DNA of 64,000 nucleotides from an uncultured Alphaproteobacteria bacterium (GCA_963817175.1 CAWFNK010000026.1:6793-70792); one strand, 5' to 3'. Positions 39,882 to 52,175 are shown, counted from the first letter of the stretch. The notes: generated by a model from the sequence alone, not told the origin. Translations and numbers: made by a program.

Positions 39882-41144
39882 ATGAACGGCAAGAGCATCC
39901 TGTTGATCGTCGGCGGCGGCATCGCCGCCTATAAGAGCCTCGATCTGGTGCGCCGCTTGAAGGAGCGCGGCGCCTCCGTGCGCGCGATCCTCACCAAGGG
40001 CGGCGCCGAGTTCGTCACGCCGCTCTCGCTCTCGGTGCTCACCGAGGAAAAGGCCTTCACCGATCTGTTCGATCTGAAGGACGAGGCCGAGATCGGGCAT
40101 ATCCGCCTGTCGCGCGAGGCCGATTTCATCGTGGTCGCGCCGGCGACCGCCGACCTTCTCGCCAAGATGGCGCATGGCTTGGCCGACGACCTCGCCACCG
40201 CCGTGCTGCTCGCCACCGACAAGCAGGTGCTCGCCGCGCCGGCCATGAATGTGCGCATGTGGGAGCACCCCGCCACGCGCCGGAACCTCGCCACGCTCAA
40301 GGCCGACGGCATCGAATTTGTCGGCCCCGACGAGGGCGAGATGGCCTGCGGCGAATATGGACTTGGCCGCATGGCCGAGCCGCAAGCGATCCTGGAGACG
40401 ATCGAGAGCCTGCTCGGCGAGCAGTCCGCGAACACGCATGACCAGAGGCGCGCCGGCAAAGTCGCTCGGCTCGCCGCTGCGCGGCCGGCGCGTGCTGATC
40501 ACCTCCGGCCCGACGCAGGAGCCGATCGATCCGGTGCGCTATATCGCCAACCGCTCCTCCGGCAAGCAGGGCCACGCATTGGCCACGAGCCGCCGCCGCG
40601 CTCGGCGCCGAAGTGACGCTGGTCAGCGGCCCTGTCGCGCTTCCCGATCCGCAAGGCGTGACGCGTGGTCAAGGTCGAGACCGCGCATGAGATGCTTGCC
40701 GCCACGCTCGCAGGCCTCCCGGCCGACATCGCCATCTGCGCCGCCGCGGTCGCCGATTGGCGCGCGGCCGACGAGTTGCCGCATAAACTTAAGAAGCAGA
40801 ACCAGGTCGAGACCGAGCTCAAGCTCGCGCTCAACCCCGACATCCTCGCGACCATCTCAAAGCCCGGGCCCAAGCGGCCGACGCTGGTCATCGGCTTCGC
40901 CGCCGAGACCGAGAATCTGGTCGAGAACGCTATTCTCAAGCGCCGCAGCAAGGGCGCGGACTGGATCGTCGCCAACGATGTCTGGCCCGGGACGGGGTCG
41001 ATGGGCGGCGATCGGACGCAGGTCCATCTCATTACCGAAGCGGGCGTCGAGGATTTCCCGCCGCTCAGCAAGGACGAGACCGCGGCGCGCATCCTTGCCC
41101 GCGCGGCGCAAGCGCTCGCCGCCATGCGTTCGGCGGCTGAATGA
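39882..41144 (+). CDS. coaBC: Phosphopantothenoylcysteine decarboxylase/ligase (about three frameshifts, 40430-40670)
   Basis: [31 protein letters not shown]; then [25 protein letters not shown]; then AAVADWR, GFAAET, IVANDV in successive frames. Confidence 0.93.
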
Positions 41145-41590
41145 GCGTCACGCTCCGCGTCAAGCGGCTCCCGCACGGGGAGGGCTTGCCGCTCCCATCC
41201 TATCAATCGACACACGCCGCCGGCCTCGACGTCATGGCCGGCGTCCCGGAAGCCGCGCCGGTCGAGCTAAAGCCCGGCGCCCGGGCGCTGATCCCGACCG
41301 GCTTCGCGCTGGAGATCCCGGTCGGCTACGAGGCGCAGGTCCGCCCGCGCTCCGGTCTTGCGCTGAAGCACGGCGCGACCTTGCTCAACGCGCCCGGCAC
41401 CATCGACTCCGATTATCGCGGCGAGCTGATGGTGATTCTGATCAACCACAGCCGCGAGACCTTCACGGTGCACCGCGGCGACCGCATCGCCCAGCTGGTG
41501 ATCGCGCCGGTCGCGCAAGTCGAGGTGGTTGCCGTCGAGTCGCTCGGCGACACGAAGCGGGGAGGGGGCGGCTTCGGCTCCACCGGCTGA
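41141..41590 (+). CDS. dut: dUTP diphosphatase
   Basis: [35 protein letters not shown]. Confidence 0.97.
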   Translation: MSVTLRVKRLPHGEGLPLPSYQSTHAAGLDVMAGVPEAAPVELKPGARALIPTGFALEIPVGYEAQVRPRSGLALKHGATLLNAPGTIDSDYRGELMVILINHSRETFTVHRGDRIAQLVIAPVAQVEVVAVESLGDTKRGGGGFGSTG

Positions 41591-41626
41591 CATTTTCTGC
41601 CGCAGCGCCGCCGCGATCTCCAGTAG

Positions 41627-41653
41627 CCTCCGCCCTCGCAAGGGGAGGGATGG
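41627..41653. repeat. Half copy of the CCCTCCCC/GGGGAGGG palindromic repeat
   Basis: ...CCCTCGCAAGGGGAGGGATGGAG matches the 3' end of 43802-43928. Confidence 0.5.
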
Positions 41654-41727
41654 AGCCCGTTGCGGCGCTCAAGCCACTTTTGTCCCGCTTACTGGTGGCT
41701 CTTACAGGGATGGCCTACATTCCCATC

Positions 41728-42555
41728 ATGCTCACCCCAGATGAGATCGCGCGCTACAAGCGCCAGCTGGTGCTGAAGGAGATCGGCGGCGAAGGCCAGC
41801 AGAAGCTGAAAGCCGCGCGCGTGCTGGTGGTCGGTGCCGGCGGGCTCGGCTCTCCCCTGATCCTCTATCTTGCCGCGGCGGGTATCGGCGAGATCGGCAT
41901 CATCGACAGCGACCGCGTCAGCCTCGACAATCTCCAGCGCCAGATCGTGCACGACACCAAGAGCGTGGGACGGCCGAAGACCAAGAGCGCGGCCGCGACA
42001 ATCGAGCGCCTCAACCCGCATGTCGCGACGCGGCTCTATTCGACCAGGCTCGTGCCTGAGAACGCGCTCGACATCGTGCGCGGCTTCGACATCGTCGCCG
42101 ACGGCTCCGACAATTTCGCCACGCGCTATCTCGTCAACGATGCTTGCTACTTCGCCAAGCGACCGCTGGTGTTCGCCGCGGTCGGTCCGTTCGACGGCCA
42201 TCTCACCACCTTCCGCGCCTATGAGAGCGACGGCGCCGGCAATCCGCGCCCGTCTTATCGCTGCCTGTTCCCCGAGCCGCCGCCCGAAGGCACGGTCGCG
42301 CCCTGCTCCGAGGCCGGCATTCTCGGCGCGGTCGCCGGCGTGATCGGCACGCTGGCCGCCGTCGAGGTGGTGAAGGAGCTGCTTGGTATCGGCGAAAGCC
42401 TGGTGGGGCGGCTGCTGCTCTACGATGCGCTTTCTGCGCGCTTCTCTAATGTCGCCTATGGCTGGGACCCCGAGAGCCCGTTGAACGGCAAAGCGCCGCG
42501 TTTCCAGGATCTGACGCATCACCGCAAGGCGATGGCCGACGTGGGCTCAGCATGA
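41728..42555 (+). CDS. moeB: MoeB/ThiF family adenylyltransferase
   Basis: [46 protein letters not shown]. Confidence 0.85.
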   Translation: MLTPDEIARYKRQLVLKEIGGEGQQKLKAARVLVVGAGGLGSPLILYLAAAGIGEIGIIDSDRVSLDNLQRQIVHDTKSVGRPKTKSAAATIERLNPHVATRLYSTRLVPENALDIVRGFDIVADGSDNFATRYLVNDACYFAKRPLVFAAVGPFDGHLTTFRAYESDGAGNPRPSYRCLFPEPPPEGTVAPCSEAGILGAVAGVIGTLAAVEVVKELLGIGESLVGRLLLYDALSARFSNVAYGWDPESPLNGKAPRFQDLTHHRKAMADVGSA

Positions 42556-43778
42556 CAACGGCCATAACCACGCCATGCGCCATTGCCGGCGGCGGACCCG
42601 CCGGCATGATGCTGGGCTTCCTGCTCGCCCGCGCCGGCATCGACGTGGTGGTGCTGGAGAAGCACGCCGATTTCCTGCGCGACTTCCGCGGCGACACCAT
42701 CCATCCCTCGACGCTCGGGTCATGCACGAGCTCGGCATTCTCGATGCCTTCCTCAAGCGGCCGCATCAAGAGGTGCGCGAGCTGTCGGCGCTGATCGGCG
42801 ACGAGCGCGTCATTCTCGCCGATTTCTCGCATCTGCCAGACGCATTGCCGATTCATCGCCTTGATGCCGCAATGGGACTTTCTGGATTTTCTTGCCGAGC
42901 AGGCCCGCCGCTATCCGGGCTTCCATCTCAAGATGCGCGCGCGCGTCACCGATCTGATCACGGAGCATGGCCGCGTGCTTGGCCTGCATGCCGAGACGCC
43001 GGAGGGCCCACTCGAGGTCAGGGCCGATCTCGTCGTTGGCGCCGATGGCCGCCACTCCGACGTGCGCGAGCGCGCCGGGCTGAAGGTCGAGGATTTCGGC
43101 GCGCCGATGGACGTGATCTGGTTCCGGCTCTCCAAGCGCGCAACCGACGGCGCCCAGACGCTCGGCCGCATCCAGGCCGGCGTGGTGTTCGTCACGCTCG
43201 ACCGCGGCGATTATTGGCAATGCGCTTATGTCATCCCGAAAGGCGGCTTCGACGTGCTGCGCAGCAAGGGGCTGGATGCGTTCCGCGCCGCTGTCGCAGG
43301 CCTCAACCCTGAATTCGCCGACCGTGTCCAGGAGATCGCCGCCTGGGACGATGCGAAGCTGCTCACCGTTACGGTGGATCGGCTCAAGCGCTGGAGCCGG
43401 CCTGGGCTGCTTTGCATCGGCGATGCGGCGCATGCCATGTCGCCGATCGGCGGGGTCGGCATCAATCTCGCCATTCAAGACGCGGTCGCCGCCGCCAATC
43501 TGCTTTGGCAGCCGCTCAGCAAGGGACGCGTGCCGGCCGCCCAGCTCGGCAGCGTGCAGGCGCGCCGCGAATGGCCGACCAAGATGACGCAGGCCGTGCA
43601 GCTCTTCGTGCAGAAGCGCGTCATCACCAACGTGCTCGGCATGACCGAGCAGCCCAAGCCACCTTTCATCCTGACGATGTTCAACCGCTTCCCGTTTCTG
43701 CGGCGATTCCCCGCGCGGCTGATCGGCATGGGCTTCCGCCCCGAGCATGTGCAGTCGCCGGAGCTTGGAAAGCATTGA
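42552..43778 (+). CDS. FAD-dependent oxidoreductase/monooxygenase (compensating frameshifts ~42718 and ~42839)
   Basis: [58 protein letters not shown]. Confidence 0.9.
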
Positions 43779-43801
43779 ACTCCGAGAGCCGCCGCTTGCT
43801 C

Positions 43802-43928
43802 CCTACCTCCCCCTTGTGGGGAGGTCCGGCGTCGCTTGCGACGCCGGGGTGGGACTCCTCCGAACAGGGATTCACCCCACCCGGCGCGCTGAAGTAGCGC
43901 GCCGCCCTCCCCATCAAGGGGAGGGATG
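43802..43928. repeat. CCTCCCC...GGGGAGG multi-hairpin intergenic repeat
   Basis: ACCTCCCCCTTGTGGGGAGGT, CCGGGGTGGG / CCCCACCCGG, CCCTCCCCATCAAGGGGAGGG, between convergent genes. Confidence 0.75.
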
Positions 43929-43969
43929 GAGATTGAGCGGTTCTCGGAGTTTGATTCCAGACTTCTGAA

Positions 43970-44959
43970 TCAAAACATCGCCGGGTGGACGCGGTCGGGG
44001 GGCGCGTGGCCGTCGAGGAAGGTCTTGATGTTGATGATCACCTTCTCGCCCATGTCGATGCGGCCTTCGAGCGTCGCCGAGCCCATATGCGGCAGCACGA
44101 CGACCTTGTTGCTCTTGAGCAGCTTCGGGTTCACCGCCGGCTCATGCTCGAACACGTCGAGGCCGGCGCCGGCAAGCTCGTTGTTCTCGATCATGCGGGC
44201 GAGCGCATTCTCGTCGATCACCTCGCCGCGCGCGGTGTTGACGATATAGGCGGACGGCTTCAGCAGCGCGAGCCGCCGCGCCGAGAGCAGATGATAGGTT
44301 GCCGGCGTATGCGGGCAGTTGATCGAGATGATGTCCATGCGGGCGATCATCTGGTCGAGGCTGTCCCAATAGGTGGCCTCGAGCGCCGTCTCGATGTCGG
44401 GCGTCACGCGCCGCCGATTGTGATAGTGGATTTGCAGCCCGAACGCCCTGGCGCGCTTGGCCACGGCCTGGCCGATCCGCCCCATGCCGACAATGCCGAG
44501 CCGCTTGCCGAAGATGCGGTGGCCGAGCATCCAGGTCGGCGACCAGCCATGCCAGCCGTTGGCGCCGCTGCGGAGCACCGCGGCGCCTTCCGTCAGCCGC
44601 CGCGGCACGGCGAGGATCAGCGCCATGGTCATGTCGGCGGTGTCCTCGGTCAGCACGCCGGGCGTGTTGGTGACGAGGATCGAGCGGTTCCGCGCCGTCT
44701 CCAGGTCGATATTATCGACGCCGGTGCCGAATTGGGCGATCAGCTTGAGATTGGGGCTGGCCTGGCTCAGTACGGATCGGTCGATGCGGTCGGTGACGGT
44801 CGGCACCAGCACATTGGCGGTCTTCGCCGCGTCGATCAGCTCTTCGCGCGTGAAGGGCTTGTCCTCGAGATTGAGCCTTGCATCGAAAAGCTCGCGCAAC
44901 CGCGTCTCCACCACATCGGGGAGCTTGCGCGTGACGATAACGAGAGGTCGGTCAGCCAT
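43970..44959 (-). CDS. D-2-hydroxyacid dehydrogenase (glyoxylate/hydroxypyruvate reductase-like)
   Basis: NTPGVLTEDTAD, GIVGMGRIG, VNTARG, GLDVFEHEP, PHMGSAT. Confidence 0.93.
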   Translation of the reverse strand: MADRPLVIVTRKLPDVVETRLRELFDARLNLEDKPFTREELIDAAKTANVLVPTVTDRIDRSVLSQASPNLKLIAQFGTGVDNIDLETARNRSILVTNTPGVLTEDTADMTMALILAVPRRLTEGAAVLRSGANGWHGWSPTWMLGHRIFGKRLGIVGMGRIGQAVAKRARAFGLQIHYHNRRRVTPDIETALEATYWDSLDQMIARMDIISINCPHTPATYHLLSARRLALLKPSAYIVNTARGEVIDENALARMIENNELAGAGLDVFEHEPAVNPKLLKSNKVVVLPHMGSATLEGRIDMGEKVIINIKTFLDGHAPPDRVHPAMF

Positions 44960-45194
44960 CACCAGTCCAGTTAGGATTTACGGCGGGAGGGGGATTTCCC
45001 GCGTCATTTTGCGGCGCTTCAGGCGAAGCGCGCCTTTCTCTAACAGAAGCGGCTTTGCGAGATAAAGAGCCATCTTGTCCTGGAGCCACGATCCTTTCAC
45101 TTTTATCGGCCATCCAGGATCATATGGCGGCGGGGCGATTCGGGCCCCGAAGCCCGTTGCGGGACTTGCAAGCCGGCGGCAAGGTGGGTCAAGG

Positions 45195-45746
45195 GTGAGA
45201 CATCGCATTTCGATCGGGGCCGGAGCGGCGTTGGCGCTGCTGATCGTGGCGTCGGCCGTCGGTCCGAGCGCCGCCGAGGACAAGGTGCGGCAGGCCGCGG
45301 TCGAGGCGACCGGTAAGTCGGCGCTGCCCCTCCCGCGTTTCGTCAGTCTCAAGTCCGACAAGGTTAATGTTCGCAAGGGCCCGAGCACCGATCAGGCCAT
45401 CGTCTGGGTGTTCTCCCGCGCGGGACTCCCCGTCGAGGTGATCGCCGAGTCCGACAATTGGCGGCGCGTGCGCGACAGCGAAGGCGCCGACGGTTGGGTG
45501 TTCCACAGCCTGCTTAGCGCGCGGCGCACGGCGCTGGTCACGCCCTGGTCGAAAGACGAGGAGCGCGTGCGACTTTACAGCTCGAATTCCACGGGCTCGC
45601 GCGCCGTCGCCGAACTCCAGTCCGGCGTGCTCGGCAATGTGCTGTCCTGCGACGGGGAATGGTGCAACGTCTCGGTCGACGACTATTCCGGCTACGTCCA
45701 GCAGGACAAGCTGTGGGGCGTCTATAAAGGCGAGGAAGTGAAGTAG
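45195..45746 (+). CDS. Exported tandem bacterial SH3 domain protein
   Basis: Signal peptide, LPLPRFVSLK...VNVRKGP, WRRVRDSEGADGWV, CDGEWC, LWGVY. Confidence 0.88.
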   Translation: MRHRISIGAGAALALLIVASAVGPSAAEDKVRQAAVEATGKSALPLPRFVSLKSDKVNVRKGPSTDQAIVWVFSRAGLPVEVIAESDNWRRVRDSEGADGWVFHSLLSARRTALVTPWSKDEERVRLYSSNSTGSRAVAELQSGVLGNVLSCDGEWCNVSVDDYSGYVQQDKLWGVYKGEEVK

Positions 45747-45758
45747 GCCGCCTACCGG

Positions 45759-46220
45759 CTATCGCTTGCCGACCAGCCGCACCAAGACATCGACGCGGGA
45801 GATGGCCATGCCGTCGGGAGCCTCGGGCAGCCCCTCGATGCGGATCGAGCCGGTCGAGATATCCATCAGCTTGCCGGAATGCTCGCAGAAGAAATGGTAG
45901 TGGTTCGACGTGTTGGTGTCGAAATAGGTCTTGGCGCCTTCCACCGCGACCTCGCGCAGCAGCCCCGCCTCGGTGAATTGGTGCAGCGTGTTGTAGACCG
46001 TCGCGAGCGACACCGGCACTTTCTTCGCCAGCGCCTCCTCATGCAGCGTCTCCGCCGTGACGTGACGGTCGCCCTCGGCGAATAGGAGATGTGCCAGAGC
46101 CACGCGCTGCCGCGTCGGCCTAAGCCCCGCGCTACGCAGGATCTTGGCGACGTTGCCCGGCGTGGGCTCGGTTGAAACTCTGTGCGTGCCCTGAGGCGGC
46201 CTGTGCATCTTGCTGACCAT
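45759..46220 (-). CDS. irr: Iron response regulator (Fur family)
   Basis: GLRPTRQRVAL, VSLATVYNTLHQFTEAGLL, YFDTNTSNHYHF (HxH), RVDVLVRL; divergent from fabA. Start uncertain. Confidence 0.9.
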   Translation of the reverse strand: MVSKMHRPPQGTHRVSTEPTPGNVAKILRSAGLRPTRQRVALAHLLFAEGDRHVTAETLHEEALAKKVPVSLATVYNTLHQFTEAGLLREVAVEGAKTYFDTNTSNHYHFFCEHSGKLMDISTGSIRIEGLPEAPDGMAISRVDVLVRLVGKR

Positions 46221-46466
46221 GTCCGACAAATTCAGGGAAATATAGTCTGAAAGACCTCTCCCCCGCAACTTAACGCCATTGACCCACGTCAGATGGGGGC
46301 GAGAGGGCGTCCGTCCAATGCCCGACACCTTTCCAAGCTACGCCTTTAGTCCCGGAAAAAGGGGCCTCGGTCCCGGGAGACGCGGGCTTTTGAAGGGCCC
46401 TTGTCTGTGTTAGGAAACCAACCAAATTTCGTAAAGCGTGACTGGGTGGGAGGAAATCGAGCATCG

Positions 46467-46997
46467 ATGTCTGAGCGGCGGGACCAATACGACTATGAGG
46501 ATTTGCTGGCCTGCGCGCGGGGCGAATTGTTCGGCCCCGGCAATGCGCAATTGCCGCTGCCGCCCATGCTGATGTTCGACCGCATCTCGCATGTCGCCGA
46601 AGAGGGTGGCGAACACGGCTATGGGCGGATCGTCGCCGAGCTCGACGTGAAGCCCGATCTCTGGTTTTTCCCCTGCCATTTCAAGGGCGATCCGGTCATG
46701 CCGGGCTGCCTCGGGCTCGACGCGCTGTGGCAATTGTTGGGCTTCTTCCTCGGCTGGCTCGGCGCCCCCGGCAAGGGGCGCGCGTTAAGCGTCGGCGAGG
46801 TGAAATTCTCCGGCATGGTGCTGCCGACCATGAAGAAGCTCGAATATATCGTCGAGCTGAAGCGGGTGATCCGGCGTAAATTCACCCTCGGCACCGGGGA
46901 TGGCTGGCTTAAGGCCGACGGCGAGACCATCTATACGGCCAAGGACTTGCGGGTCGGGCTGTTCCAGGCGGGCGAAGCCGCACCCGCTCAAGCATGA
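46467..46997 (+). CDS. fabA: 3-hydroxydecanoyl-ACP dehydratase/isomerase
   Basis: [43 protein letters not shown]. Confidence 0.97.
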   Translation: MSERRDQYDYEDLLACARGELFGPGNAQLPLPPMLMFDRISHVAEEGGEHGYGRIVAELDVKPDLWFFPCHFKGDPVMPGCLGLDALWQLLGFFLGWLGAPGKGRALSVGEVKFSGMVLPTMKKLEYIVELKRVIRRKFTLGTGDGWLKADGETIYTAKDLRVGLFQAGEAAPAQA

Positions 46998-47039
46998 TCC
47001 GTGATAGATCGCGGCCTTGATTCCTAGGATTTTGACCCG

Positions 47040-48257
47040 ATGAAACGTGTGGTCGTGACCGGCATGGGCATCGTGTCCTCCATCGGCAACAGCGCCCAGG
47101 AGGTGCTTGCGTCGTTGCGCGAGGCGAAATCCGGCATCGTCAAGGCCGACAAATATGCCGAGCTCGGCTTCCGCTGCCAGGTGCATGGCGCGCCGAAGCT
47201 CGACTGGGAGGGCATGATCGACCGCAAGGTGCGGCGCTTCATGGGCGAGGGCGCTGCCTGGAACTACATCGCCATGGAGCAGGCAATCCGCGATTCGGGC
47301 CTCGAGGAGACCGACATCTCCAACGAGAAGACCGGGCTGATCATGGGATCCGGCGGACCCTCGACCCGTGCCATCGTCCAGGCTGCCGACACCACACGCG
47401 AGAAGGGCCCCAAGAAGGTCGGCCCCTTCGAAGTGCCGAAAGCGATGTGCTCGACCAATTCCGCGACGCTTTCGACGCCCTATCACATCAAGGGCGTGAG
47501 CTATTCGATCGCCTCCGCCTGCTCGACATCGGCGCATTGCATCGGCAACGGCTCCGAGCTGATCCAGTTGGGCAAGCAGGACATCGTGTTTGCCGGCGGC
47601 GGCGAGGAGCTCGACTGGACGCTCTCAGTCCTGTTCGACGCCATGAACGCCATGTCATCGGATTTCAACGACCGGCCCGAGGTCGCGAGCCGCGCCTATG
47701 ATGCCGACCGCGACGGCTTCGTCATTGCCGGCGGCGCCGGCGTCGTGGTGCTCGAGGAGCTCGAGCACGCCAAGGCGCGCGGCGCCCGCATCTATGCCGA
47801 GCTGATCGGCTACGGCGCCACGTCCGACGGCTACGACATGGTGCAGCCCTCCGGCGAGGGCGCTGTGCGCTGCATGCGCATGTCGATGCAGAATGTTCCT
47901 GACGGCGTCGACTACATCAATCCGCATGCCACCTCGACCCCGATCGGCGACCTCAAGGAGATCGAGGCGATCCGCGAGGTATTCGGCGACAAATGTCCGC
48001 CGATCAGCGCCACCAAATCGCTGACCGGCCATTCGCTCGGCGCGGCCGGCGTGCATGAGGCGATCTATTCGCTGCTGATGATGAACAACGGCTTCATCTG
48101 CGAATCCGCCAATATCGAGACGCTCGACCCGGTGTTCGCCGACATGCCCATCGTGCGCAAGCGGCAGGACAATGTCTCCATTAATACTGTTATGTCGAAT
48201 AGCTTCGGGTTCGGCGGCACTAACGCCACGCTGGTCTTTCGTCGTCTGGATGGTTGA
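47040..48257 (+). CDS. fabB: Beta-ketoacyl-ACP synthase I
   Basis: [46 protein letters not shown]. Confidence 0.96.
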   Translation: MKRVVVTGMGIVSSIGNSAQEVLASLREAKSGIVKADKYAELGFRCQVHGAPKLDWEGMIDRKVRRFMGEGAAWNYIAMEQAIRDSGLEETDISNEKTGLIMGSGGPSTRAIVQAADTTREKGPKKVGPFEVPKAMCSTNSATLSTPYHIKGVSYSIASACSTSAHCIGNGSELIQLGKQDIVFAGGGEELDWTLSVLFDAMNAMSSDFNDRPEVASRAYDADRDGFVIAGGAGVVVLEELEHAKARGARIYAELIGYGATSDGYDMVQPSGEGAVRCMRMSMQNVPDGVDYINPHATSTPIGDLKEIEAIREVFGDKCPPISATKSLTGHSLGAAGVHEAIYSLLMMNNGFICESANIETLDPVFADMPIVRKRQDNVSINTVMSNSFGFGGTNATLVFRRLDG

Positions 48258-48305
48258 AGAACGAGAACACACGTAACGGGGCAACCCATAACCAGAGTAA
48301 GTGCA

Positions 48306-49187
48306 ATGGCAACAACAAGAGATATCGCAGACCCCGGGCCGTTGATGGCGGGGAAAAGGGGACTGGTGATGGGGGTGGCTAACGACCGCTCGATCGCCTG
48401 GGGCATCGCCCGCGTGCTGCACGGTCAGGGCGCCGAGCTTGCGTTCTCCTATCAGGGCGGCGCGTTCGGCCGCCGCGCCGTTCCGCTCGCCGAAGGCATC
48501 GGCGCCAAGATCATCGAGGAGTGCGACGTCGAGGATCTGCAAAGCGTTGAGCGTGTGTTCGAGGTGATCCGCAAGAAATGGGGCTCGCTCGATTTCGTCG
48601 TGCACGCGCTCGCCTTCTCCGACCGCAACGAGCTGCGCGGGCGCTACGCCGACACGACCCGCAAGAATTTCGAGCACACCATGGTGATCTCCTGCTTCTC
48701 GTTCACGGAGATCTGCAAGCTTGCCGCCGATTTGATGCCGTCAGGCGGCTCGCTGCTGACGCTCACCTATGGCGGCGCGACGCGCGTGGTGCCCTGCTAC
48801 AACGTGATGGGCGTCGCCAAGGCGGCGCTCGAGACCAGCGTGCGCTATCTCGCCTCCGACTTCGGCCCGCAAGGGATCAGGGTCAATGCGCTGTCGGCGG
48901 GGCCGATGCGCACGCTTGCCGGCGCGGGCATCTCGGATGCGCGCACGCTGCTGCATTATCAGCAGCGCCACGCGCCGATGCGCCGCTCGCCGACTTTGGA
49001 CGAAGTCGGCGGCGCCGCGCTCTACCTTCTGTCGGATCTGTCGGGCGCCGTCACCGGCGAGGTGCATTTCGTCGATTGCGGCTACTCGACCATCGCCATG
49101 CCGAGCATCGCTTCGCTCAAGACCATCGAGCAGGCCGAGGAGACCGCGGCTCCCGTCGAGAAGGCGCCGAGGGAAGCTGCGCAGTAG
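48306..49187 (+). CDS. fabI: Enoyl-ACP reductase
   Basis: GVANDRSIAWGIA, YNVMGVAKAALE, VNALSAGP. Confidence 0.96.
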   Translation: MATTRDIADPGPLMAGKRGLVMGVANDRSIAWGIARVLHGQGAELAFSYQGGAFGRRAVPLAEGIGAKIIEECDVEDLQSVERVFEVIRKKWGSLDFVVHALAFSDRNELRGRYADTTRKNFEHTMVISCFSFTEICKLAADLMPSGGSLLTLTYGGATRVVPCYNVMGVAKAALETSVRYLASDFGPQGIRVNALSAGPMRTLAGAGISDARTLLHYQQRHAPMRRSPTLDEVGGAALYLLSDLSGAVTGEVHFVDCGYSTIAMPSIASLKTIEQAEETAAPVEKAPREAAQ

Positions 49188-49290
49188 TTGCGCTTTAGGC
49201 ATAGAGCGCGGATTCTATTGCGAAAATTCCTTAGCTTGGCTAAAAGGCGGCGAGGGGTTGTTGAGAGTTTACAAGGAGGAATGACGGGCC

Positions 49291-49521
49291 ATGGCCGTCC
49301 ATCTCGTACTGATTGCGTGCCTCGCGGCTCCGCCCAATACCTGCCAGGAGATCCCGTTGCCCGAGGTCGTCTCCGAGGACGTGATCCAATGCGTCGGCTC
49401 GGCCAAGGCCAAGTCGGAAGAGTGGCAGGCCCAGCACAAGGACTATCTCGTCATCGCCACCAAATGCGCGAAGGACGGTGGCGGCAGCACCCCAGCGCCG
49501 CCTCCTGCCAATTCCAATTAG
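49291..49521 (+). CDS. Small four-Cys hypothetical protein
   Basis: AAGGAGG RBS upstream; LVLIACL...TC...QC...W...KC pattern. Confidence 0.65.
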   Translation: MAVHLVLIACLAAPPNTCQEIPLPEVVSEDVIQCVGSAKAKSEEWQAQHKDYLVIATKCAKDGGGSTPAPPPANSN

Positions 49522-49536
49522 GCTAGGCATAAGACA

Positions 49537-49564
49537 GTCATGCCCGGCACAAGGCCGGGCATGA
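49537..49564. repeat. Single GTCATG-type palindrome
   Basis: GTCATGCCCGGCACAAGGCCGGGCATGA, same family as 39789-39870; lies between convergent genes. Confidence 0.75.
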
Positions 49565-49591
49565 TGCGTAATCCGATGACGCATAGGCCGG

Positions 49592-51716
49592 TTAGCTCGC
49601 GGCCTCGGCCTTCTCGCGCTCCTTGCCGGTCGCCTGGTCGACGACCTTCATCGAGAGTCTCGACCTTGCCGCGCTCGTCGAAGCCGAGCAGCTTCACCCA
49701 AACCTGGTCGCCTTCCTTGACCACGTCGGTGACCGCCTTCGGCCGGCCGTCGGCGAGCTGCGAGATATGCACGAGCCCGTCCTTGGGACCGAAGAAGTTC
49801 ACGAAGGCGCCGAACTCCATCACCTTGACCACCTTGCCCTGGTAGATCGTGCCGACCTCGGGTTCGGACGTGATGCCCTTGATGCGGCCGATCGCGGCGC
49901 GGATCGACTCGGCGTTGGCCGAGGCGATCTTGACGGTGCCGTCGTCGGAGATGTCGATCTTGGCGCCGGATTCGGCGACGATCTCGCGGATCACCGAGCC
50001 GCCCGAGCCGATCACTTCCCTGATCTTGTCGACCGGGATGTGGATGGTCTCGATGCGCGGGGCGTATTCGCCGAGCTCCGGCCGCGCCTCGTTGAGCGCC
50101 TTGTCCATCTCGCCGAGGATATGCATGCGGCCTTCGCGCGCCTGATCGAGCGCGACCTTCATGATCTCCTCGGTGATGCCGGTGATCTTGATATCCATCT
50201 GCAGCGAGGTGACGCCTTCGGACGTGCCCGCCACCTTGAAGTCCATGTCGCCGAGATGGTCCTCGTCGCCGAGGATGTCGGACAGCACGGCGAACTTGTC
50301 GCCGTCCTTGATCAGGCCCATGGCGATGCCCGCCACCGAGCGCTTCAGCGGAATGCCCGCGTCCATCATGGCAAGCGATGAGCCGCACACCGTCGCCATC
50401 GACGAGGAGCCGTTGGACTCGGTGACTTCCGAGACGATGCGGATGGTGTAGGGGAAGCTCTCGCGGTCCGGCAGCACCGGGTGGATCGCCCGCCAAGCCA
50501 GCTTGCCGTGGCCGATCTCGCGCCGGCCGGGACCGGTCATGCGCCCGACCTCGCCCACCGAATAAGGCGGGAAATTGTAGTGCAGCATGAAGGTCTCTTT
50601 GTAGGTGCCCTGCAGCGCGTCGACATATTGCTCGTCCTCGCCGGTGCCGAGCGTGGCGACGGCAAGCGCCTGGGTCTCGCCCCGGGTGAACAGCGCGCTG
50701 CCATGCGTACGCGGCAGGATGCCGACCTCGCAGACGATGGGCCGAACGGTGGTGAGATCGCGCCCGTCGATGCGCTTCTTGGTGTTGAGAATGCTGGAGC
50801 GGACGACCTCTTTCTCCGCCTCCTTGAAGGCGCCGGCGATCTTCGGCGCCAGCGTGGCGTCGGCATCGGCCGGCACCAGCGCGGCGACGACCTTCTCCTT
50901 GATGGCGGCCACGCGGTCGCGGCGCTCCTGCTTGCCGGCGATCGCATAAGCCTCGCGCAGCTCGGCCTCGGCGGCGCTGCGCACGGTCTCGACCGTCTTG
51001 CCGTCATCCTTGGGCTTGAGATCCCAAGGCTCCTTGGCGGCACGCTCGGCCAGCTTGACGATGGCGTCGAGCACCGGCTGGAAGTGCTTGTGACCGAACA
51101 TCACGGCGGCGAGCATGACATCCTCGGGCAATTCCTTGGCCTCGGATTCGACCATCAGCACGGCGTCGGCGGTGCCGGCCACCACCAGGTCGAGCGTGCT
51201 CTCCCGCATTTCGTCGATCATCGGGTTCAGCGCATGATTGCCGTCGATATAGCCGACGCGCGCGGCGGCGATCGGCCCCATGAAGGGAACGCCGGACAGG
51301 GTGAGCGCCGCGGAGGCCGCGATCATCGCCAGGACGTCAGGATCGTTCTCCATGTCGTGGGAGAGCACAGTGGCGACGACTTGCGTCTCGTTCTTGAAGC
51401 CGCTGGCGAAGAGCGGCCGGATCGGCCGGTCGATCAGCCGCGAGGTAAGGGTTTCCTTCTCGGTCGGACGACCTTCGCGCTTGAAATAGCCGCCGGGGAT
51501 CTTGCCCGCGGCGAAGGTCTTCTCCTGGTAGTTCACGGTGAGAGGGAAGAAGTCGATGCCGGCCCTCTCCTCCTTGGCGGCGACGACGGTGGCGAGAACG
51601 GTGGTGCCGCCATAAGTGGCGAGCACGGCGCCATCGGCCTGCCGCGCGATGCGGCCGGTCTCGAGCTTGAGCGGGCGTCCCGCCCATTCGATTTCTACGG
51701 TGTGTTTATGAAACAT
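49592..51716 (-). CDS. pnp: Polyribonucleotide nucleotidyltransferase (frameshift at ~49660 in the S1 domain)
   Basis: [53 protein letters not shown] and S1 domains. The corrected end is [17 protein letters not shown]...S* at 49592. Confidence 0.97.
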
Positions 51717-51830
51717 GTTGGTGTCCCAATGCGTGGGTAAGAGTGGGGGCGCTGCTCGCCCTTGCGAGAGCTGCCCAGGTCACAGAATTGACAAGCGCAA
51801 AAGCGGGATGGCCCGCCATGACGGTCACCG

Positions 51831-52100
51831 TCACCGGCGGATGCCCAACCGGTTGATGAGCTTCTGGTAACGATCTTCGTCGGAAGACTTGACGTAATCG
51901 AGCAGCCGGCGCCGCTGGCTGACCATCTTGAGTAGCCCCCGGCGCGAATGATTGTCTTTACCGTGCGTCTTGAAATGCTCTGTGAGATTGGTAATCCGCT
52001 CGGTCAGGATGGCGACTTGGACTTCTGGTGAGCCGGTGTCGCCGGACTTGGTCGCATATTCCTGGATGAGCTCTTGTTTGCGCTCAGCGCTGATCGACAT
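51831..52100 (-). CDS. rpsO: 30S ribosomal protein S15
   Basis: [12 protein letters not shown]...[13 protein letters not shown]...DNHSRRGLL...LGIRR. Confidence 0.98.
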   Translation of the reverse strand: MSISAERKQELIQEYATKSGDTGSPEVQVAILTERITNLTEHFKTHGKDNHSRRGLLKMVSQRRRLLDYVKSSDEDRYQKLINRLGIRR

Positions 52101-52175
52101 CGTATGATCCTTGCTGTTAGGGGTTTTAAGGGGCCGGGCCGGGATGTCGTCCAGCACGGTCGGCTCGATGCGCGT
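52101..52175 (-). promoter_or_regulatory. Candidate S15 autoregulatory leader RNA
   Basis: The rpsO 5' region contains GCTGGACGACATCCCGGC, resembling the alphaproteobacterial S15 leader as I recall it; not model-verified. Confidence 0.4.

Noticed and set aside
40249-42555. 768-aa CoaB-MoeB fusion ORF
   Set aside because: Produced by coaBC frameshifts and an open off-frame passage across dut; moeB has its own start at about 41728.
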